A stretch of DNA of 62,860 nt, counting the filler. It is 5 parts of 5 records of this genome, joined end to end, with 100 filler letters (N's around TTAATTAATTAA, not from the genome) between each part and the next. Parts side by side here need not be neighbours in the genome. Positions count along the whole stretch, not along the records: positions 54,054 to 62,860 come from SRR20825006_264; 4 more parts are not named here. One strand, given 5' to 3'. Position 1 is the first letter of the stretch. Every line of letters starts with the position of its first letter. The notes under the pieces were generated by a model. That model saw only the letters and a program-made list of their open reading frames with translations. It searched no databases and was not told the DNA's origin. Made by a program: the position numbers and the translations under genes. This document shows, in pieces, positions 58,957-62,860 of the stretch.

Positions 58957-59002
58957 TTACCAATATCCTTCGCGAATTGCCACGGCGGTTATTGCCGCGT
59001 TA

Positions 59003-59071
59003 TGGATTCCCCGCGCGGGAACGACGGGCAGGATATCTAGTTTAGTAATGCCCGCGAAGGAGGGTATCCAG
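59003..59071. repeat. Degenerate REP/RPE-like palindromic units
   Basis: TGGATTCCCCGCGCGGGAACGAC and GTAATGCCCGCGAAGGAGGGTATCCAG resemble GTCATTCCCGCG..GCGGGAATCCA repeats. Confidence 0.55.
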
Positions 59072-59136
59072 TTTGTTCGTCAAATTGTTTGATGCACGGT
59101 GTCTGACGCGTGTGGCTAGGTCTAAAAAGAGACTTA

Positions 59137-59850
59137 CTATCCGAAGAAATGTTTGATCCAATCAGTCTTCACTGAGTTGAAGTGAATTTGGCTCTTATGT
59201 GGGGAAGAGCAAACATCTGATATGAAAATGCTAAGATTTTCGCCTACTTGAACCGCAAGCTTACCCATTTCCGCTAAAACCGCTTCTAAAGAAGATGGCT
59301 CAAGAAAAGGGCCAAGAGCTATTTTGCTATCAGGCGTTGGTCTGAGCATGTCGGCCATCCTCACATTCGGATGGCCTGCCAGTTCACAGAAAAGATCGTA
59401 GGCCTCATCTCGCTTTCCACTTGTGAAGCCATCTCTCTTATCAAGTGCTTTACGAATTTTTGCTGGTCCAAATTTTCCGAGCCGCGTTTTTTTATCCGCA
59501 TTTCTCCACAGCGCGATATCGTGTTTGTTGGTTGAGAAATAGCTCAATAAGAAGATTGTTTCCAAAACATCACGCATGACTAATGCTGCATTTTGTTGAT
59601 ATCCGGAGAAACTGAGCTTTAAACTTGCTCCGAAGGCATTAAATGTTCTGATCCCTAAAACCTGTACAATTCGCACATCCTCACATTCAATTTCAAATTG
59701 TCTGTAAACATCTGCAAGGTCCATTGCAGCTTCAATTACAGTCAAGTGGAGATGGCAATTCTTGCTCTGATTTAGAGTAATTAACGCCTTTTCTCGGAGC
59801 ACTTCTTCTTGTGTGTGTAGGCTTAGCAAGTTATTGGGAATAAAAGACAT
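59137..59850 (-). CDS. Low-GC hypothetical helical protein (DUF5677/HEPN-like)
   Basis: AT-rich; SGY..NAALVMRDVLET and YDLFCELAGHP motifs. Confidence 0.75.
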   Translation of the reverse strand: MSFIPNNLLSLHTQEEVLREKALITLNQSKNCHLHLTVIEAAMDLADVYRQFEIECEDVRIVQVLGIRTFNAFGASLKLSFSGYQQNAALVMRDVLETIFLLSYFSTNKHDIALWRNADKKTRLGKFGPAKIRKALDKRDGFTSGKRDEAYDLFCELAGHPNVRMADMLRPTPDSKIALGPFLEPSSLEAVLAEMGKLAVQVGENLSIFISDVCSSPHKSQIHFNSVKTDWIKHFFG

Positions 59851-59887
59851 GGAAGTTATTCTTTCTTAAGAGAGCCGGTGCCTGGAT

Positions 59888-60214
59888 TTAAGTGTTTTGT
59901 GTCCTCATGGGGGACCAATAATCCTGCCTTCCATGTCGTATATGCAGGACTGAAACCTGATCTTCCTCGACACAATAAAACACCCGCCAAGGCGTTCCGC
60001 GCCCATAGAGCAATTGCCGGATTTCACTATCGAAGGCGTTACTTTCCGGGGCAATTGCGTGGGCAAATGGGAAGGTTTTCAGGTTCATTACAGCTTCTTG
60101 CAAGCCATCCCGCCACTGATCGGCATAGAGCGGGTTTTCTTCCTGCAGCCAGTCATAGGCCGCAATGATATCCGCGACGGCCTTGGGCGATATGACGACC
60201 CGATAATGCTTCAT
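59888..60214 (-). CDS. RelE/ParE-family toxin
   Basis: YRVVISPKAVADI, IRQLLYG..WRVFY, VSVLHIRHG. Confidence 0.92.
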   Translation of the reverse strand: MKHYRVVISPKAVADIIAAYDWLQEENPLYADQWRDGLQEAVMNLKTFPFAHAIAPESNAFDSEIRQLLYGRGTPWRVFYCVEEDQVSVLHIRHGRQDYWSPMRTQNT

Positions 60215-60489
60215 TTATGCCGGGTGGAGAGGTCGTCAAAGAAGCTTTCCGCGTCCTGTCCCTGACCGTCGGCAATCTGGTTCAGGCCTGTGCGGATGCC
60301 CGCGACCGTCTCGTTATATTCCAGACGATTTTGCATGTCCTGCCACGCCTTGGCATCCATCACCACCACCGATGCCTTGCCATTGACGGTCAGGATTGCG
60401 GGTTGCTGCGTTTCACGCAGGCGTTTGGTGAAGGTCGCCGTATCGCGTTTGAATTCGGTCAGCGGGCGAATATCCTTGGTGATATCCAT
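60211..60489 (-). CDS. Phd/YefM-family antitoxin
   Basis: MDITKDIRPLTEFKR, PAILTVNGKASVVVMD; ATGA overlap with the toxin; start corrected to 60489. Confidence 0.92.
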   Translation of the reverse strand: MDITKDIRPLTEFKRDTATFTKRLRETQQPAILTVNGKASVVVMDAKAWQDMQNRLEYNETVAGIRTGLNQIADGQGQDAESFFDDLSTRHK

Positions 60490-60661
60490 ATTTGCACCTT
60501 TAAAGCATCGAATTGAATGCGAATTTAGCATGTTTTTCGTGGTGGTGCGATGGAAATTCCCGGTGAAACGTCAATGCTGGCTTGGCCCACCCTGAAACAA
60601 ACCCGCCCGCCCCGCGTTGCAAAGGCAACATCATTGTGCAAACAGGCAGCGAGGATTTGGC

Positions 60662-61261
60662 ATGGCAGGGGCAGAACCGTTTTCCGTTGGCGGGATTGTC
60701 GCGCGGATACGGGATCGGGCGGCGGCGGGGCAGCGGACGGTTTCGGTTGATGATATGGTGGCCGTGCTGGGGCGGCGGAGTTACGGGCCGTTTTTGTTCG
60801 TGCCCGGATTGATCGGGGTTACACCCCTATCGGGGATTCCGATGGTGCCGGCGATCCTTGCGGTGATTGTCGCCGTGTTTGCCATTCAGATCGTTCTTGG
60901 GCGGTCGCATTTATGGTTGCCGGATATCCTTGGCCGCCGGTCGTTTGACGGGGCCACGGTCGCCGATGCGATGGCGCGGATCGAACCGGTCGCCGAGAAG
61001 CTTGATCGCTGGTTTTACGGGCGGTTGCCGGGATTGACCGGGCGGCATGGGGTGCGGGTGGCGGCCCTTGTCTGTGTGCTGCTGGCGGCATTGGTGCCGT
61101 TTTTTGAAATGGTGCCGTTTGCCGGTATGGCGCCGATGAGTGCGATTGCCGCCTTCGGGCTTGCGATCCTTGTGCGCGACGGGGCGCTGATGCTGGCCGC
61201 GATATTGATTTCGCTGACATCAATGGCGGGTCTGGTGTGGGTGCTGCTGGCGGCGGTGTGA
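60662..61261 (+). CDS. exoD: Exopolysaccharide biosynthesis protein ExoD family
   Basis: LGRRSYGPFLFVPGL, PLSGIP, HLWLP, RDG. Confidence 0.88.
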   Translation: MAGAEPFSVGGIVARIRDRAAAGQRTVSVDDMVAVLGRRSYGPFLFVPGLIGVTPLSGIPMVPAILAVIVAVFAIQIVLGRSHLWLPDILGRRSFDGATVADAMARIEPVAEKLDRWFYGRLPGLTGRHGVRVAALVCVLLAALVPFFEMVPFAGMAPMSAIAAFGLAILVRDGALMLAAILISLTSMAGLVWVLLAAV

Positions 61262-61275
61262 GGTGATGAGGCGGA

Positions 61276-61590
61276 TCAGGATGCGATCCGGGCCAGTTCG
61301 CTATAAAGATAAAACAGGACGCAGGCGGTGCCGATGGCCGCAATCAGGCGGGCGACAAGTCGGGGCAGGTCAGCATTGGGCCAGATGTTGGGCACATTCG
61401 GACCGCTGAAAGCGCGGAAATCCTTGTGAATGTCGATGATCTCTGTCGCCGGGCGGCGCTGGTTCTGTGTAACGTGGTCCGGCGAGCCGCGACGGAAGGC
61501 GGCCGGTTTCGGGGCCTGATCATTTGAAACCCATTGGCGGGTGGTGTCGGGAAGGTCTACAGGGGCGCGTCGGGCCTGTCTGGTCGTCAT
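61276..61590 (-). CDS. Hypothetical protein with C-terminal TM
   Basis: ORF with hydrophobic C-terminus; AT-rich promoter region upstream. Confidence 0.55.
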   Translation of the reverse strand: MTTRQARRAPVDLPDTTRQWVSNDQAPKPAAFRRGSPDHVTQNQRRPATEIIDIHKDFRAFSGPNVPNIWPNADLPRLVARLIAAIGTACVLFYLYSELARIAS

Positions 61591-61807
61591 GTTCTGCGTG
61601 CTCGTGTCCGGTTTGGTGGTCTGGTCTTCTGATTTTGCCGGATGATTTTAGTTGGTATAATTTAACTATACATAAGTATCTTATATTTCCTCATCGGTAT
61701 AGGCTTTTCGCGCGAGAGGCAAGAGAGAAAAAGCACAAAACCGGTTTTTTTGTGCTTTGGCATTTCGCCTGCTTGCCGAATGGGCCAGGCGACCTTATTT
61801 TCCCCGG

Positions 61808-62188
61808 ATGACAAATTCATCACACACCATGATTTACCGTGTATTGGGCTCGGACGAGTGGGCGGAAGCGCTTGCGACCGGGCATTATGCCGGTGCGCCG
61901 CATGATATTGCGGACGGTTTTATCCATTTTTCGACGATTGATACGCTGGCAGAGACGCTTGCGCTGCATTACCCGAAACGCGGGGGATTGCGGCTTTTGC
62001 ATGTGCCGGTCGCGGCGGTCGATGACAAGCTGAAATGGGAACCGGCGCGCGGCGGCACGCTGTTTCCGCATCTTTATGACCAGCTTTCGGTCGAGCATGT
62101 CGCACGCGTTGATGACCTTAAGCTTGATGATAACGAGGTTCACATCCTGCCCGAGGATCTGCGCCCCGACCATATGCGCAGAGGGTAA
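61808..62188 (+). CDS. DUF952 family protein
   Basis: DIADGFIHFST, LKWEPARGGTLFPHLY. Confidence 0.9.
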   Translation: MTNSSHTMIYRVLGSDEWAEALATGHYAGAPHDIADGFIHFSTIDTLAETLALHYPKRGGLRLLHVPVAAVDDKLKWEPARGGTLFPHLYDQLSVEHVARVDDLKLDDNEVHILPEDLRPDHMRRG

Positions 62189-62428
62189 TCATACCCGGCG
62201 ATAGACGCGCCCGCCGCCCCGCTTTTGGCCGGTATCCTCGACCGTGGGGAATTTACCGGCCCGGACCGCATTGAGAAATTCCCGCCCGATCCTGACCTTG
62301 TCGCCGATATAAAGCGTGTCCCAGCCGGGGCCGTAGATTTCCGGGAAGTGAAATGTGCCGGGCGCACGGGCGGCGAGGCGGCTTTGCAGGCGGGTGATTT
62401 CGTTGGCATCCATGAGAGGAGCCATGAT
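62189..62428 (-). CDS. DUF1413-like small protein
   Basis: FHFPEIYGPGW...RIGREFLNAVRAG; RBS AAGGAGG. Confidence 0.7.
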   Translation of the reverse strand: MMAPLMDANEITRLQSRLAARAPGTFHFPEIYGPGWDTLYIGDKVRIGREFLNAVRAGKFPTVEDTGQKRGGGRVYRRV

Positions 62429-62484
62429 GGCCTCCTTTTTTTGCGGGCGGCTTTCCTTCAGGTAGTTTTCAGGCGGGCATAAAG

Positions 62485-62516
62485 AAAGGGCGATGCCGGG
62501 ATGGCACCGCCCTTTT
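62485..62516. terminator. Intrinsic terminator
   Basis: AAAGGGCGATGCC-GGGAT-GGCACCGCCCTTTT. Confidence 0.7.
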
Positions 62517-62535
62517 GCCTTCGAGATCGGCAGGA

Positions 62536-62860
62536 TCAGACCAGTTCGCCCAGCGTTGCCGGATCAAAGCCGAGCAGGGCATCGGTTTGATTGTCGCGCA
62601 CCTTGGCCGTCCATGCCGCATCGGTGATCAGCGCACGGCCGACCGCGATCAGATCGAATTCGTTGCGTTCCATGCGTTCGATCAGGGCATCGAGGCTGGT
62701 GGTCTTGGAGCCTTCGCCCGCGAAAGCGGTCAGGATGTCGCCTGAAAGCCCGACGGAGCCAACACTGATGGTGGCTGCCCCGGTCAGTTTTTTGGCCCAC
62801 CCGGCACAGTTCAGGCCCTTTTCGCCGTCCAGTTCGGGGAATTCCGGTTCCCAGAAACGG
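62536..62860 (-). CDS. NADH:flavin oxidoreductase (OYE family), C-terminal part
   Basis: Manual translation RFWEPEFPELDGEKGLNCAGWAKKLTGAATISVGSVGL...EFDLIAVGRAL. Confidence 0.92.
   Translation of the reverse strand, partial: RFWEPEFPELDGEKGLNCAGWAKKLTGAATISVGSVGLSGDILTAFAGEGSKTTSLDALIERMERNEFDLIAVGRALITDAAWTAKVRDNQTDALLGFDPATLGELV

Overview
The window is five unrelated contigs joined by N-spacers that contain the all-frame stop linker TTAATTAATTAA (27839-27938, 36471-36570, 45056-45155, 53954-54053), so no linkage can be inferred across the joins. (1) 1-27838: Alcanivorax-like gammaproteobacterial core DNA with uvrA, a CsgD-like regulator, MFS, ssb, gspN-C-D, adenylate cyclase, fatty acyl-CoA reductase/TetR, MoxR-VWA, a hybrid kinase and a phasin. 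(2) 27939-36470: Devosia-like alphaproteobacterial DNA (PMM, SLT-like protein, DUF2336, NAD kinase, pseudogene debris). (3) 36571-45055: tRNA-fMet-rimP-nusA-infB-rbfA-truB-rpsO-pnp. (4) 45156-53953: right part of a small island integrated at a tRNA-Ser 3' end (int-alpA-HTH-DUF3631, ~1 kb structured non-coding block, 58-aa gene, radC, dif-like pair, hsdM), followed by a repeat-domain protein. (5) 54054-62860: Thalassospira-like DNA with terL, endolysin and a GTA-type holin, a ParE/Phd toxin-antitoxin pair and housekeeping genes. The best candidate for a new system is the island in contig 4. Two consecutive genes each carry the same template-strand motif TCC-N6-GCGC-GYGA-GCGC, which resembles N4-phage virion-RNAP hairpin promoters. 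They sit next to a G7-TACC hairpin, phased TATCG repeats, an ori-like nested inverted repeat and an inverted pair of dif-like sites. This suggests a minimalist satellite of an N4-like (Schitoviridae) phage, which is an inference not verified by any search. Taxonomic and family calls come from visual recognition only.
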